In this document: in pieces, positions 1 to 14,354 of the stretch
Layout: every line of letters starts with the position of its first letter
Numbering within the stretch: position 1 is the stretch's first letter
Source of the DNA: Paramecium tetraurelia
Taxonomy: Eukaryota
NCBI GenBank assembly: GCA_000165425.1
Contig: CT868496.1
Span: 372,001 to 436,000 of the forward strand
Length of the DNA: 64,000 bases
Direction: 5' to 3'
Made by a program: the position numbers and the translations under genes
Notes under the pieces: generated by a model
What the model saw: the letters and a program-made list of their open reading frames with translations, nothing else
What the model was told of the DNA's origin: nothing
Databases searched by the model: none

Positions 1-114
1 CATGGGAAATTACAATTCTCTTTTCTCTTTTTTTTATGTAATATGGATAACCCATATCAAACAAATACTTATGTTTTACTAACTCTTAAGGTATCTGCAT
101 TACCCTTTAAATAA

Positions 115-989
115 TCATATAAAAAAGTACTTCAAAATGTTAAATTAAATTATTTATTCTTCCTTCGCCAATATAGTGATTGTACCATCATATTCTAATA
201 GAGTGATTTCATTTTCATGATAATCCAGAGCCACTATCTGTTGCTTTGTGATTTTGATTGCCTTCTACGATTTCTCAATGGGATTATAGATTTTAACTAT
301 CTTATGATTCTCGACAAATAAGATGCCATCCTTTACAAACCTTCCATGAGAAATATATTCGATCTTTGGGTCAATGTCCAATAAAATGTTCACTTAAGGT
401 GGGTCATTCAAATGTAAAATTGACAACTTTTTCTTTGCTTCCTTCAAGTATTCCAACATTAACAATTGATCTCCCTTGAAATCGAATGGAACCTAAAGCA
501 ATGGCATATCTGCATAATATGTATTGCTATCTTGATTTTGCAGATCAAACAAATATAAGCTATTCTTTTTGGTAGAAATGTCCACTCCAATGTCCTTATT
601 TTATGTTGGTGCAACCGATAATAGTAATGTTTTAGTTTTGTAACATAAGGATAGGGTTGAACTACAGAGTGGAGGAGAATGGGGTCTTTCAAATTTCCAT
701 TGATGACTCTCTCTCATCTAATAATCGAAAATGTAACCATATACATCTCCTACCACTATGTATACTTTCTCCTATTCGATTGCTTTGGTTTATTTAATTA
801 TTTACTCACTCCTCTTATGATCTCCTCAAATACATCAGGAATGTATCTCAATTCATTTTAATTATAGAGGTATTATCCGATATACCCACTGATAGCTCCA
901 AAGATAATCATGTTGTTATCGACATCAAAAGCAGTAATGGGTTCGCCGATTCTTATCTTAACCCACTTATCAAATTTGATTTATAACAT
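115..989 (-). CDS. Hypothetical beta-rich (WD40/beta-propeller-like) protein
   Basis: Ciliate-code translation MLQIKFDKWVKIRIGEPITAFDVDNNMIIFGAISGYIG... ending ITLLEYDGTITILAKEEQIIQFNILKYFFI-TGA; probable small intron near 772-805. Confidence 0.65.
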
Positions 990-1120
990 ATTATATTAAT
1001 ATGAATATAATCAAAAAATGATAAAACTTATATCATGTATATATATTATAATCATTTTGATAAAAACACTTTTAAATCTGACATATAACAAGTTTACAAT
1101 TTTTAATAACAAACATTCCA

Positions 1121-4100
1121 ATGAATTAGATAAGCAACTTTATTTGTTTTCTCTCTTGTCTCATTCACATTTACTGTTGGGATAACAATCTAATTATTGA
1201 GAATGATAAGCGGCAATATCTATATTTTTTGGAAAATGAAAGATATTATCTTAATGATGTTAACATTGCTATTCCATTCACTAATATGGAGGATTTATAA
1301 GAAAAACTTAATGAGCCATCCTCCTTGCAATTACTATAACAATAACAAGAGCTCAATTTAATTTTTAATGATGAGGATGCAATTCTACTTCCTTTTATAA
1401 GACAATCAGAAAATTATATCGACATCTGTTATTTATAACATTAAATAATAGATTGCAAATTTAGAATCAATAATACTTTGTACAATGAAGAATTAATTGT
1501 AAATCAAATTTAATCAAACTAACTTTTTATTCCTTCAAATTCATGTTAGAATGCTTTTCTTCTTTAAGATGACTTATTCCTCATTCAATGTCATAATCCT
1601 ATCAACCAATTTTAATATTTTATGCTCAATAATTACAGTGAAGTTGTAGATGAAATCACATTTGATCTACCCAAAAATTGCAGATTTGACTCTAAATTTC
1701 AATTCAATAGAATATTCATTAACTCTTTGTAGTGTGAAGTATCAATTGTTTTAGTAGTGGATATGATATATTTAGATGAAAAGTTGCAATTCAACAAGAA
1801 TTATACAAAACTACATGAATTGGCTAACTTTCCAAATCAAGGTAATTTGATTGATCTAAAAATTTGTTAATCCAATATTATATTATTAGGTTTTATTAAT
1901 ATGTTGAGTACTTATAATTTTTAGGATCAATCATTTAAAAGTTTGAAATGGCAATATAAAACATGGTTTCCATATTTATAATCCTGCTTTCCTTTACTAA
2001 TTCGAGGAACATTATAACCATAGTCAAAAGTTGATTATTATTATAACCCTGCCTTATGCAAAATGCTTGAATCAGAACCTTAGATTAAAAGTATAGAAGT
2101 TTCAGATGAATTTTGTATTTACTTATACGAAAAGCAAGCAATTATAACGTATGATTATTTTTTTTAATAAACGATTCAGAATGTAAAGCAAATTTTTAAA
2201 TTAAGCACACTCCCTTTTCTTGTCATTCTTAACAAAAACAATAATATTGCGTTTTATAAAATTACATGCTTTAAATAATATATCGAATATACTCACTTCC
2301 CTTTTATTGCAATATTTATGAAAGGTGTGTTTTATCACATGAATGAATAAATATTCACTTACTATGAAGCTTAAGAATATTCCATAAAGTATCCGTTGGA
2401 TGTTCTAATAAATAGCGGAGTCGAAATCTGGCATAGTAAAATTATCAATAACAACTTTAAAATTGATATTAATTAAATTTAATTGTCTATTCCTTTTTAT
2501 TTAGATTTAGAATTTGATGAAGATAGAAATCATTTTGAATTTTAAAATGAATGCATCTTCACTTATCACTTAATGTTACCAATCAAATAGATTTTAAGAG
2601 TTGTTTCATTTGAGATGAATTGCTTGTTGATAATTTATGAAGATTGGAATTAGAAAATTATGGCCAACCTAAAAAAGGGTGACTTTAACAAAAATTTTCA
2701 ACTCATAGCAAAAACCTAAGAATTTTAAGTTGAGGTGAATAAAATGAATTCTGATTTCATAATAATCTTGATTGGTAGTAAATTACTAATGAAATTTAGG
2801 ATTTTTAATTACAAGAATTTGGAATAGATTCAGTATTATAAACCTAAAACCAAAATAATACAATATATAAAGGAGGTAAAAGCAGTAATATGTCTTCTCG
2901 CTGATAATACGATCTATACATATGAGTTTGATAATTTTGTTGACTATTCCTTAACAAAGAATAAAGAATTTCGAGACTATTGGGCTAAGAATCACTAAGA
3001 AAAATACACTGATTTTAGAGCTCCACATTTATATATTAATTATGAAGATTCTATAATCCACATGAAATCAATAAAACCTTATCATCATGATTATGTATTA
3101 TCAGTAGATGGCTAGATTATTTCATCAAATGTATTTGTAACTTAGAAAAGAATTTTACTCATAGTAAAAAAAGAGAATTAAACATAATTACTACTCTATT
3201 TCTTTGATCTAGATAACATCATCCTTCTTTATGAAATACCAACATTTGAATTTTAAGTCGTGTTCCCTATTCAAATGAAATAATATGGTTAACTATTTTG
3301 CATTACTACAATGAAGAATGAGTAGGAATACCTATTTATTTATGATATCACTTAATAAGGAAGATATTGTTTAAGATATATTAGTAAAAAATTACCTAAT
3401 GTAATAAATTTTGAATTGGTTGATGAAACAGGAATATTATTATAAATTCTGACTGACAAAATTGTGTTCACTTATTCAACTATTAGCTTCAATATCAAAT
3501 ATTAGAATGCTTCATTTTCTGCTATAATAAATACTTAAATTAAATTTCAGGCTAAGTCTTACATTTAATCAATACCATCGAGCTTTATTATCTATTTGCA
3601 CATATTTAATAAAGATACCGTTTTGAAATATAAACCTGAGGCTAAATCTAAGAAATTGCTGCTTAGTAGTCAGAATTAAATTACTAATTTAGAATCTATT
3701 TTTGGTGGAATCGACAATTTGCAACTTAGCGGTGCTTGCTAAGGATCATTGAAAGAACCAATTCAAGTAGTATCTAATATTTAGTTGAAATGTTAGTATA
3801 TTAGTTAAAGATTTTGCATGATCTCTAAATCCTTATTAATTTATGATTACCTTGGCTTAAATCAAACCGTTTCATTATCCATAGAAAAAATATTCCTAAA
3901 TAACTTGATAATATCTAATTATAATACAAAAATCTTCATTTATAATTTTCGACTAGGAACAATGAGTTTTTTAGATTCATATGAAAATTAAGAAAGTGAA
4001 GAAGAAACCATTGGCAATTCCCCATTTCAAGGATTGCTTGATACATAATTTGATCATTATATTAAATCAATTAACTTGATAGACGATTATCTTATTACTG

Positions 4101-4942
4101 AAAGAGAGTAATACTTTTAAATTCATAAAACGAAAGAAAATGAAAGTAATTTACAATGTTCAATATATTCTGAAGGTATGAAGCAAATTGAATATTTATA
4201 CAAAATTGATTCTTAGTTCATATTACTAATATTAGAAATCAATTCTAAAATTTGTCTTTCATCTTGTTCGGATAATACAAATGAACTTAAATCAAGTAAT
4301 GAATTCAAGCCAGATTTTTAAATAGTGTCCTTTAAAATATTAAATTCCATCATTTAAAATTAAGAAATTTAAATTACTATTGCCTTGTTTTGCCCTCAAG
4401 ATATGGCGTACATTTATGAATTTATTTATGATTTTAATTTATTGACTCTTTTGAAATATTCAAATCATCAATATCTAAAATATTCTAATATAATTTTTGA
4501 AAACTTTTTGAAAGTTAGTGATACCATTTATGTTATGAAGGGAAACTCTTAAAATTAAACTTCATCATACTATTTATATTAGATTAATATAAGTTAACCT
4601 GTTGAATTAATTGATTATGTTTATAAATATGAAAAAGATGGGGAGATCTAAGTTTATAACGAAACCCATTTCATATAAATTCAAAGAGACAAAGAAGATA
4701 AAGATTATGCTAATATATTTCTTCTAGAAATTGATTATTATAGACTGTATCTTGAAAAGAATTGCGACCTATTGATAAAAAACGATGTATCTATCCTTTA
4801 TTCTCATATTGATTTTGAAGATAATCTTAAAAATAAATCTTTTATGCCTTTGTACGTAGAGGTTGTGAATTTTCTACTAATTCTTCTGTTCATTACGAAA
4901 AAAAAGAATAATAATGTATCCAGGAATAATGCAAGCACATGA
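1121..4942 (+). CDS. Large (~1273 aa) type I membrane/surface protein of unknown function
   Basis: ATG 1121 to TGA 4940-4942 spans 3822 nt (multiple of 3). N-terminal signal-like MNQISNFICFLSCLIHIYC; C-terminal hydrophobic stretch followed by KKKNN. Confidence 0.7.
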
Positions 4943-5305
4943 ATAAAATGAGATTTTTTATAAATTATAAACTCAATATTTGATAAATATCCCTATTTAA
5001 TTATAATTATAAAATTATATCAAAGCATTTGTATGTTTTAATTTATAAAAGAATATTATTATTGTTATAAGGGATGCTGTTAGAATTCATTGTTTTCAAC
5101 GAGGTAAATTTATGTTGATATTAATAAATCTGTATAAACCAGCTATTTTACCTCTTCTTGATTAAAGATATAGTAAGAATATTGTGTATAACTCAAAATT
5201 GAATTAATTTTGGATGTTTATCAGTAATAATAATCTTGATGATTATATAAATTAAAATAATGCTTGGAAATATTATTTTATAATATAAAATTTAAAAAAC
5301 AAATA

Positions 5306-7217
5306 ATGGACCCAGAAAAATAACTGATGGATTAACCAATAGAGGAGGAGTCAGATATGGACGAGGATGAGAAGAGATAGAAGGGAGATTGGCATTAACA
5401 ATTGTATTAAGGTGTATTTAGTCGATTAGATTGACTGCATGTTAGAAAGGAGATTTAACAGCAGTCTAGCGTTGTTTAGACAAGAGGGCTAATGTTTTGT
5501 ATGAGGACAAGAAAAAATGGAATCCATTAATGTGGGCATCATGCAGAGGGTACACGGAAATAGTGCGTGTTTTGTTGTCTCGTTAAGCAGCAGCACCATA
5601 TGTTCCAGAAATGGCGTTGATATTGTAGAACTTCGCATAGACAATGCCTATTTATTCAAGTCCAATGAATTAATCATCTCCAAGCAAGTCCACATATTTC
5701 GGAGGGAGTCCTGGAGGTGGAGCTTAGTCAGCAGTGTTTAGTTTTCAATAATCATAATTAACAAAGAAAGTGGTTTAAGGAGTTATAAATCAATAAGTCC
5801 GATCGACACCATTGATGTGGGCTTGTTTCAAAGGACATGTTTAGGTTGTATGGTTACTATTGAAGTCAGGGTTGAGTTGGGAGGTATAAGAAATTAGAGA
5901 TTTTAATATAGGATGTGGATCAATTTGGAAATAACAGTGTTCATTTGGCAGCATCAGGAGGGAACTAAGTAGTGTTCTAGACACTGCTATTTTATGGAGT
6001 AGCTGTAGACAGACCAAATACAAGGGGACACACTGCAAAGGATTTGGCAACAAATGCCTATATATTACAGTTGATTAAGTTGTTGGAGGTGAGTGGTTAG
6101 ACAGCTAAATATTTCTGTATGACTTGTAGAAAATTTTGGAAATAAGAAGAGTACAGAATGGAATGGGTATATGAGAATGCCGATTCTACTGATTTGGAAA
6201 AGCCAGAAGGGAGATGCTAGAATTGTTGGAATACTATAAGGAAACATACTGAAGAATTGTTGAGCATAATTGATAAATAGGATCATAAGCTGTTGACAGA
6301 GAAGTTGAATGAGATTGAGAAGGGAATAGTGATTAAGAATGAGAATGGGAAGGAAGAATTCTAAAGGATAGAGATCGATCCCAAGAATTACAAGTTTGCT
6401 TTGATTGAACAGGAGAAGTTGAGGACTTAGAATGTGATATTGGATTATTTGAGTACTTTGAATCATGTGCCTAATTACAAGACTATCTTGAAATCTGTCA
6501 ATTAGATTTAGGCTATGTTGGATGATGCAGTAAATAGGGGTGTTAAGATTGATGCTCATGTTAAGGAGGAAGCTGAAAAGGAGATGGAGAGACTTAGAGC
6601 AGAGGTACATTTAAATATTATCGATAGAGAAATCTATAATTCGAATTAGATAATTTGGATATTGGATTGTCAACACCTGAACAAGTGGTTGTGTTGAATG
6701 ATAAAGTAGTTATAGCGACGGATAAAGGAGTGGATAAGTAATATATAGATCAGGCCTCAGAATTGAGGGATAAGATGGCAAAGGCTATTCAAGCTAAGAA
6801 AATATTGAAGATGTTTAATGAGTATCCTGCAAGAGAGATACCAGATCCTATTAAATGGGATCCAAAGACCAAGAAACCTATTGATCCAATAACAGGGAAA
6901 CCGATTGATCCATTGAAATTGGCATTGTAGAATCAAAAGAAGAAGAAGAAGAAGGAACCAAAGTTTGTGATTCCAGAGTGGGCTAATGATGTAAAGTCTT
7001 TAGATGAGAATATCAAGGGTATCATATTAGATTTATCTTAGGATTGGAGGGACTGTTGAAGGAGGCTGAAGTGCTTAATTTAAATCATGAATTTGTAGAG
7101 GAGAGTGTGCAATAAATAAAGAGGATGAAAAACGAAATGAGATACAGGAAGGAAGTTGATGAATAATTGAAATGGATTGCTGATGCAAAGGCTGCTGAAA
7201 AAAAGAAAAATAAATGA
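5306..7217 (+). CDS. Ankyrin-repeat protein with central CxxC..CxxC module and coiled C-terminus
   Basis: WNPLMWASCRGYTEIVRVLL, STPLMWACFKGHVQVVWLLLKSG, GNNSVHLAASGG and RGHTAKDLA ankyrin motifs; several small GT..AG introns. Confidence 0.85.
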
Positions 7218-7230
7218 TATATATAATGTA

Positions 7231-7738
7231 TCAATCTAATAATTCAATATTCTTGACTGCAGTAATTATGACTTATTTAGAAGTTTCAACAATTTCTCCG
7301 CCGACAATCATTTCGTCCAAAATAGAATACGCCTTGCAATAGTAGCGTCATTATTTACTTTATTGAAGTTGAAAACTATGTCTAATTCACACACATTCCC
7401 AAAGTATTTGTCCAAAACTTCGACATATAAATGTATCAATTCTAGCATTGTTAATTCATTGTCACTCACATCAACGCATAACGCAAAGAACAATCCTGCG
7501 TATCTTTTGTAGATGATTTTATAATTCCTGAACTTAATTATGATGAAACTCTGTACTTCCAAAAAGTTAGTGTGCTTAGTGTCTCTGCAAACTATCAATC
7601 GATGAACTTCATTTTGCAATTTTACTTTCTCGGCATCATCATAATACACATACCATTTCGAAAGTCTTGTCTTCCCCTGTCTATTCTACAACAAGATAAA
7701 CCTAATCTTAAATGAATATCTATCTATATTAGTACCAT
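7231..7738 (-). CDS. AP2S1: AP-2 adaptor complex sigma subunit
   Basis: [67 protein letters not shown]...[19 protein letters not shown]; small introns. Confidence 0.93.
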
Positions 7739-7781
7739 GAATTTCAAATTTGTTTATTTAATTATAATATATATTAGTAAT

Positions 7782-8814
7782 TCATTAAGCAATCCATGGG
7801 TGATTTAAGATCTATTAGATCGTCGGTCTCTTATTGCAATCATGTTGAAGGATGCCCTTGACAAAATTCTGAAAATCTGAGCTACTCCACTACGGAAACT
7901 AATATTACAAATGCTAAATCTTCCTCTTCGTGTCATTCTCATTATGTGATTCAAAAGGTGGCCTCCCTATTCATAATCTTAAAAATTACCAACTACTAAT
8001 TCATATGCTAACACTCCAATAGTCCATACATCCACTCTATTATCATGAGGTTGATAGTTAATCATCTCTGGACATAAGTAGTCTAAAGTACCACATAGAG
8101 TCTTCCTTCTATTTGATGGGGTGTGAACACTCCAACCGAAATCTGAAATCTTAAAAACATCGTTGTTGAAACACAGAATGTTTTCAGGTTTCAAATCCCT
8201 ATGTATTACATTCATTGAATGCATATATCCGATTGCCATTGTTATTTGCTTGATAATATTTGACGCCATTTTTTCATTGAACCTCTTATTCTATTGCTTC
8301 TTCATTAAACCATACAAGTCTCCCAATGGAGCCCATTCCAGCATCAAGTAAACACGTTTTTCTGTTTAAAAAAAGCCATAAAAACTAATTATATTAGGAT
8401 GTTTGAGATGTGTTAGTATTTCGACTTCTCTGGTTAGAGATCCAGTCAATTAACAGAGATTGAGTTATCTTTTACTTATTACTTTCAAGGCCAGGATAAA
8501 TTTACTATCACGCTCCCTAATCGGATATAAAACTATTTTACCTCGCTAAGTAAACATGTCCAAATTTACCATTTCCCAAATATCTGCCCATTTCAAAATT
8601 TCTCAAACTCCATTAATTGGGATCGAATTCTAATCTAAATGTGATTAATACCTTTATCGACTTCATGGAAATCTTCATCCTCACTATAATTATTCCTAGT
8701 TTCTTCATCAATGGAATTTTAAGTCTGAGGTTTCTTGTCCAAATACTCAACCCCACGAGTATTTTCGTAAGTATTTGTAATTACCTATAGAACCGAATTC
8801 GCAGTTTGCCACAT
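7782..8814 (-). CDS. Aurora-family Ser/Thr kinase
   Basis: WSLRNFEMGRYLGNGKFGHVYLAR, IHRDLKPENIL, DFGWSVHTPSNRRKTLCGTLDYLCPE and HPWI; DFGWSVH is the Aurora signature. Start approximate. Confidence 0.92.
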
Positions 8815-9468
8815 CAAATTTAACAGCAAAATTATATTATAATTAATGTCAAGAATCAGTAAAACTATATAACTGATAATATATGTATTCATAATATAAC
8901 TATCCTACTGAAATTACCATTGTGCAGTACATGTTAGTCATAATACTTACACAATTACCTAACCTCTTTACAAAGGCATGATTCGCTAGCCATTTAGAAC
9001 ATGAGATTTTGATAGACTAACTTTTTATTCTAAACTCCTTCTATTAAATTGGGCATAAGGTTAAGGTTGATCAACACCCATCAGAATGTTACTTTATTTT
9101 TGACCATTTATTAGGCTAATAACTCAAACTGTAAAAGGGATTAAGCTTATAGAATAAATGACAATATTTTTATGTAGCTCAAAGAATATGGTCATCTATT
9201 AAATGCTAATGTCATTAAAAGTCATTAGGTTCTCTTAATACATAATCATCTAACAAGTTCTACATCTATAAATCAACTCTGCTTTATATTAATTCAGTAA
9301 TTCTTCTTTCCTTGAATTCAATAATAAGTGCAATTCTGAAAGCATTTTAATGTACATCTTATAGCATCCTCATCACCTACTTCTTTATTAGTTCATATTA
9401 ATCCACCAAGTCTCCCATTCACTTCTACTTATTTTTATGAATTGCCATTAAAATTTAAATTATTTATT

Positions 9469-12400
9469 ATGCATAACATCTCAAATTCTAAACTTCAATT
9501 AGAAAAACTGGATGGTCTGGAAAGTATTATCTATATATCATTAAATAGTTCAACAGCTCTCATTCAATAATGAATTGTTTCAATAAGTACGATAAATTTG
9601 GAAAGACAATCACATTCCAGATTGCCACCAAAAGTACTTTTACAACATACTCAAAACCCATGAATCTCAAGCTGTCACTCTGATGCGCTAAGAAATGGAG
9701 AGTTTTTAAAATAACCATAGCGTAGTTAAAACATTGCATCAATTGACCTTAAGCAGAGAACATTGCCTCAAAGAAATATAAAAGACAAGAAATATTGGTC
9801 AAATGGATTATGTCAGGCTGATTTCTAAATTAATCTATGATCTCAGAAAATTAACTTACAATTTGATTGAGTTCCATCGTAAATGGAGGAATGCCCTAAG
9901 TTCTAAGTATCAATACAATTACACATGGATCATCAATCGCAGAGATTACCTACTCAAGATTCGTGACGACTCGAATCTCATTTAAATTACCTATCCTAAA
10001 ATGTTAAGTTACTTCAATCTAAAAGAAAAGGACATCTTTTATCTGAGTGTTATTGAGTAAGCTCATACAGAGAATGTCGAATACTATGACTTTCTGGCAT
10101 AACACCAGATAAAGAAGTCTTCAGTACAGAGAATGATGGATTTGCAAAGATATTTTTAAGAATTAACTGACGAGTCTCATCTAGTTGAATCAAATTAAAT
10201 GATGGAAACTATGTCATTCAGACCTAACACATCCAAATTGCTCCATTCTTAAAGGGCTAAGGTTGACATACCTGCTGTCACCCAATTAGATGATTATCCT
10301 AGGACTATGCTATATGTAAATGAGGATCTTGAGTTTACAATACATCACTATCCAGAGAGAGATATCGAAAAAGTGATTACTTATTGGCAAAGCAAGAATA
10401 TAATTGAGTTGAATGAAAGTTTCAAATGCCCCATAGCTCATCTTAAAGATGTGATATTGTTTTGGCAGGAGGCCACAATCATTTAAATAAATCAATCTGC
10501 TTTGTTGGTGTGTTCCATTGATCAGGATAGCAATTTTAGAAAATGGATAATTCATTCAATATACGTCATTCAAGAGTAACAACAACAGCCTTGGCAACAG
10601 TAATTAAATCACATCGTGTAAAATTTAATAAAAATGCTAATTTAAAAAGGAGACAACTTTGGTTCATTACTCATTTCATGTAGTAATGACAAACCAATTA
10701 AAACTTAATTGCATAATTTAAAGTTCAGTTTTCTTAAGAACCATTCTTATAACCAATTAAATGTTTCCTTTTATGAATAGAAAATACCCTAAGGTTAAGT
10801 CAATGCCAAAGATAGAAGATTCTTTACTCCATTGACTTTGAGGATGGTTCGTGTATTTGCAACTCAGACTCAATCGTAACTGATAACTGATGAGGAGTTG
10901 TTGGTTGCTTAATTCGGTGCAAATTTGGGGAAGAACAATATCATTCATTTTGAAAACAATATTACTGCTTTGCAACCTATTTTGTCTGTATATATTATAT
11001 TTATATCGATTTTCCGAAGAAGTCAAAATTGTATGGTCAGGAATACGTGTTGATTCATAAACTATAAGATATCAAGAACAGATTTTCGGTTGAATTTAAC
11101 TCTCCTATTGATGGGCCTGTGTATTTCTAAAACTTTGCAATCAAACTCAATTTTCAATACTTCTCAAGTGAAATCCACCGTAATACCAATGCTCCCTACA
11201 TTCGTTTGATTTCTGTAATATAATATTCATATTTCATTTAGCATCCACCATTCAATGAACAAGAGGGTTCCATCTTGGAGTTGACATCAAGTGATGCAAA
11301 TATGAAACAACGCAAAATCTACCTGGTCTCTACTATCAATCCTAATATCAAGATGTATTTGAGCACCTCATTAAATTAGATACATATATGAAGTACAATA
11401 GAACGAAATTACGAAATCGAATATCTAATAAAACATAAATTAAATCTTTGAAAGGTTTGACAAAAAGTAGGAAGGCCTACAAAATATTTGGTTGCCCTTC
11501 TTCAAAGCAACAGGTAATCAACTAACATTGCCCAATTCAATAGTGAATGGGTTCTTTTAAAATAATACTGAAATCTCCTTTTGTTATCACAGAATCCCTG
11601 GATTTCATTCTATTAGTAATGTGCATGATCTAGACAAGGTGATATAACCACCCTTTTTGATAGGGTTCGTTTAGAATGACATTGAATAAATTAATAAGCC
11701 TTTATTTTCAATGTTGGTGGAGAAGGATTGCATAATCAGGAGTCCTGAGAGGATTTTGTAAGGGAATCTACAAGGTTAATAGCCGTTGCCCTTACTTTTG
11801 CAACCAAGAGACATAGATGGGAAGATAAATGAATTATTGAAAATAACAGTGTTGGAAGTTTAGAAATCTTTCAATTCTGATCCTTATAATTTATCTTATA
11901 AATTGAAGTTTGGACTGGAAGCAGCACTATTAAATTTGTATAATGGTTATGCTCTCATTTATGTTGATGAGAATCATTTTCATGAGAAGAAATGGATTAT
12001 TGAGTCAATAATGACCAACAATCTTGATAATTTGTAAGGAATGTTGATGAAATTGAGTGATTACATATTCAATGCAGACATCTACGCAAGTGAAATCCAA
12101 ATTAGTTAAGTATCAATCTCATTAAAGTTAGAATCACTATTCCGATTAAGGAGAGTTGGTGGCCAATAAGTAGGTTGTGGATTCCATCAAGAGAGCCAAG
12201 TTCAAGTGGAGACTCGTCGATAATGATGCCAAGAGTCAACAGAGGAAAACTGTGTATTATTTAAAGAGACCAGTCTAGGATTTGTATATTAAAATATCTA
12301 TGTAGTCCACCAAAAAAGGAGAATTAGATTTCCATACAGTTTTAGAATTATTATGCATTGTAATAGAGTGAATAGAGAATTAAGACAGAGAATAAATTAG

Positions 12401-13204
12401 AATATTTCAAAATCAAAGACCATTATTAGTTATTTGAAGATTGTTTTCAATTTCATTTAGAGAGTGATTTCTAAGATGAGAATCCATTTTTAAGAAACAA
12501 ATTTCAGTAATATCAGGGTTCGTTAGCAAACTCAGATTTTAAAGTGTTGTTGAATTAGAATGAGTTGAAATCCCAGCTCTAATTTGATGTGAAATTGCCG
12601 AATTTTGATCCACACCTATAGATGGTATGATAGGATTATTATATAAATAGGTTAATGTGCTTTAAATGAATACACAATTAAGGTTGAAAAGACAGAGGCA
12701 GGTTATGATTGGCCATTAGAAATACATTGAAATCCCTAACTTAATGGGGACGCAGTAGATATACTAGGCTGATTTATATTAGAAGAACTTGAGAGTTTTC
12801 TTTGTGCCTACTTCAGATTCACTTTCTTATTTCTACTTCATTGAGTTGCACAACTAGCAGATGGCCAATCAAGTTAAGTAAGATTATTTGAATATAACGA
12901 CAATGATCTCTTAGGTAATTATGATGTATTTTGATAGTCATTTCCGTTTAAATACAATCACAGTTGTAAGTCATTGTTAATACAGCAATTCGAAAAGAAG
13001 TCTTAGATGACCAAGGATTCGAATTTCTTGTTTATTGAGTTTGCTTTGAGCAGTCAATACACGATAGAACCATAGGTGGTATTGGAGGAGAAGAGTGATG
13101 ATTAATAATGGGTGGTGTAATTGCCAATAGTGTGTGGAGTACTGCAAACCAATGTGAGAAATCAATACGAGAGACCATTAATTGCATGGATAATCGAGAA
13201 TTGA
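9469..13204 (+). CDS. Large hypothetical protein with a twice-repeated C-terminal module
   Basis: Segments I translated are open in ciliate code after removing small introns (e.g. gtattatctatatatcattaaatag, gtatttgagcacctcattaaattag, gtaattatgatgtattttgatag); ends ERPLIAWIIEN-TGA. The middle was not checked codon by codon. Confidence 0.7.
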
Positions 13205-13245
13205 TATATTTACTTGATCATACAAAAAATTTTATACATAAAAAA

Positions 13246-14346
13246 ATGATGCCAATTCTTTAGAGAAAAAGAGATTACTTCTACTAGATCAAGTAGTTGA
13301 TTCTCAACATGCTTGACAATATCACATAATCATTCGAGTCTCTTTGCAGAGTGGCTGATGATTAATAATCTCTGAAACCAATTGATAATGCAATCAGATT
13401 TATGGATCAATATTATGATTGCATCTAATTTGTCAAACAGGATTATGTAACCAAGGAGATTCACTTTAAAGAGAAATAGAACGTTTAATATCGCAAGCAT
13501 TCCTCTGACATCAATCACATTTATGCTTCCCAAGATTAGATTTTATCATGCGGCCAAGAAGTTTACTTGCACCAACAAAACAAATGCTGTGTTATCAAGA
13601 ACTCCACTCTTCCTGTGTACACTGGACTTATATTACCAGATGGCAAAGTGCTGATAGGAGGCGAAGAGAAGGTTGTTAAAGTTTATTAATAATTTAATAA
13701 TCAATATATTGAAGTAACTTAATTGAAAGGGTTTTCAAAAGCTATCAGTACTATAGTGATGTCTCAAAATCAACACTACATTGGAGTCAGCAGTTTCGAT
13801 GGTAGAATAGCATTGTTCCACACTCAAACGCTAAGTAAATTGGGGACATGGACAAATGATTTAGGATCTGTCTACTCCATATCCTTTAGTGTCGACAATT
13901 AATATGTGGCAGCAGGAAGCAAGAATGGAATTGCCATATGGGAAATCAAAATTGACAACGACACAAGTTCAGCTGAATTGACTCAATCACTTAATACAAA
14001 AAAGAAAGTCAGATCAATTGCCTTTTCGTGCAAACAGAAATTCCTTGCTGCAACACAAAAAAATGACATTCTGCTGTACCATTACTATATCGACGACTTC
14101 ATGATCTATCAAACATTACATCATCACAACGGCATCGTGAACTGCGTATCTTTTGGACAAGATATCCTGATATCTGGAAGTGACGATTCAACTCTGTGTT
14201 TATGGTCTAGCAGTATCAAGGGATATTGGATGTGTTATTAAGTGATTTACGTGAATTGTTGTATCAATTCTATTGCATTAAATCCCCAATAAACAGATCT
14301 ATATTGTGATTGTTTTGATAGTATAATTCATTATAATTAAATTTGA
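13246..14346 (+). CDS. WD40-repeat protein
   Basis: 1101 nt in frame; VSSFDGRIALF, VAAGSKNGIAIWE, HHHNGIVNCVSFGQDILISGSDDSTLCLWS. Confidence 0.85.
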
Positions 14347-14354
14347 TATAACCT

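Noticed and set aside
8820..9450. Possible gene between Aurora kinase and the 9469 gene (e.g. LPLCSTC on +, MGDLVDQYELIKK on -)
   Set aside because: Every frame I tried hits TGA without a convincing intron; may be a decayed gene but no model is supportable.
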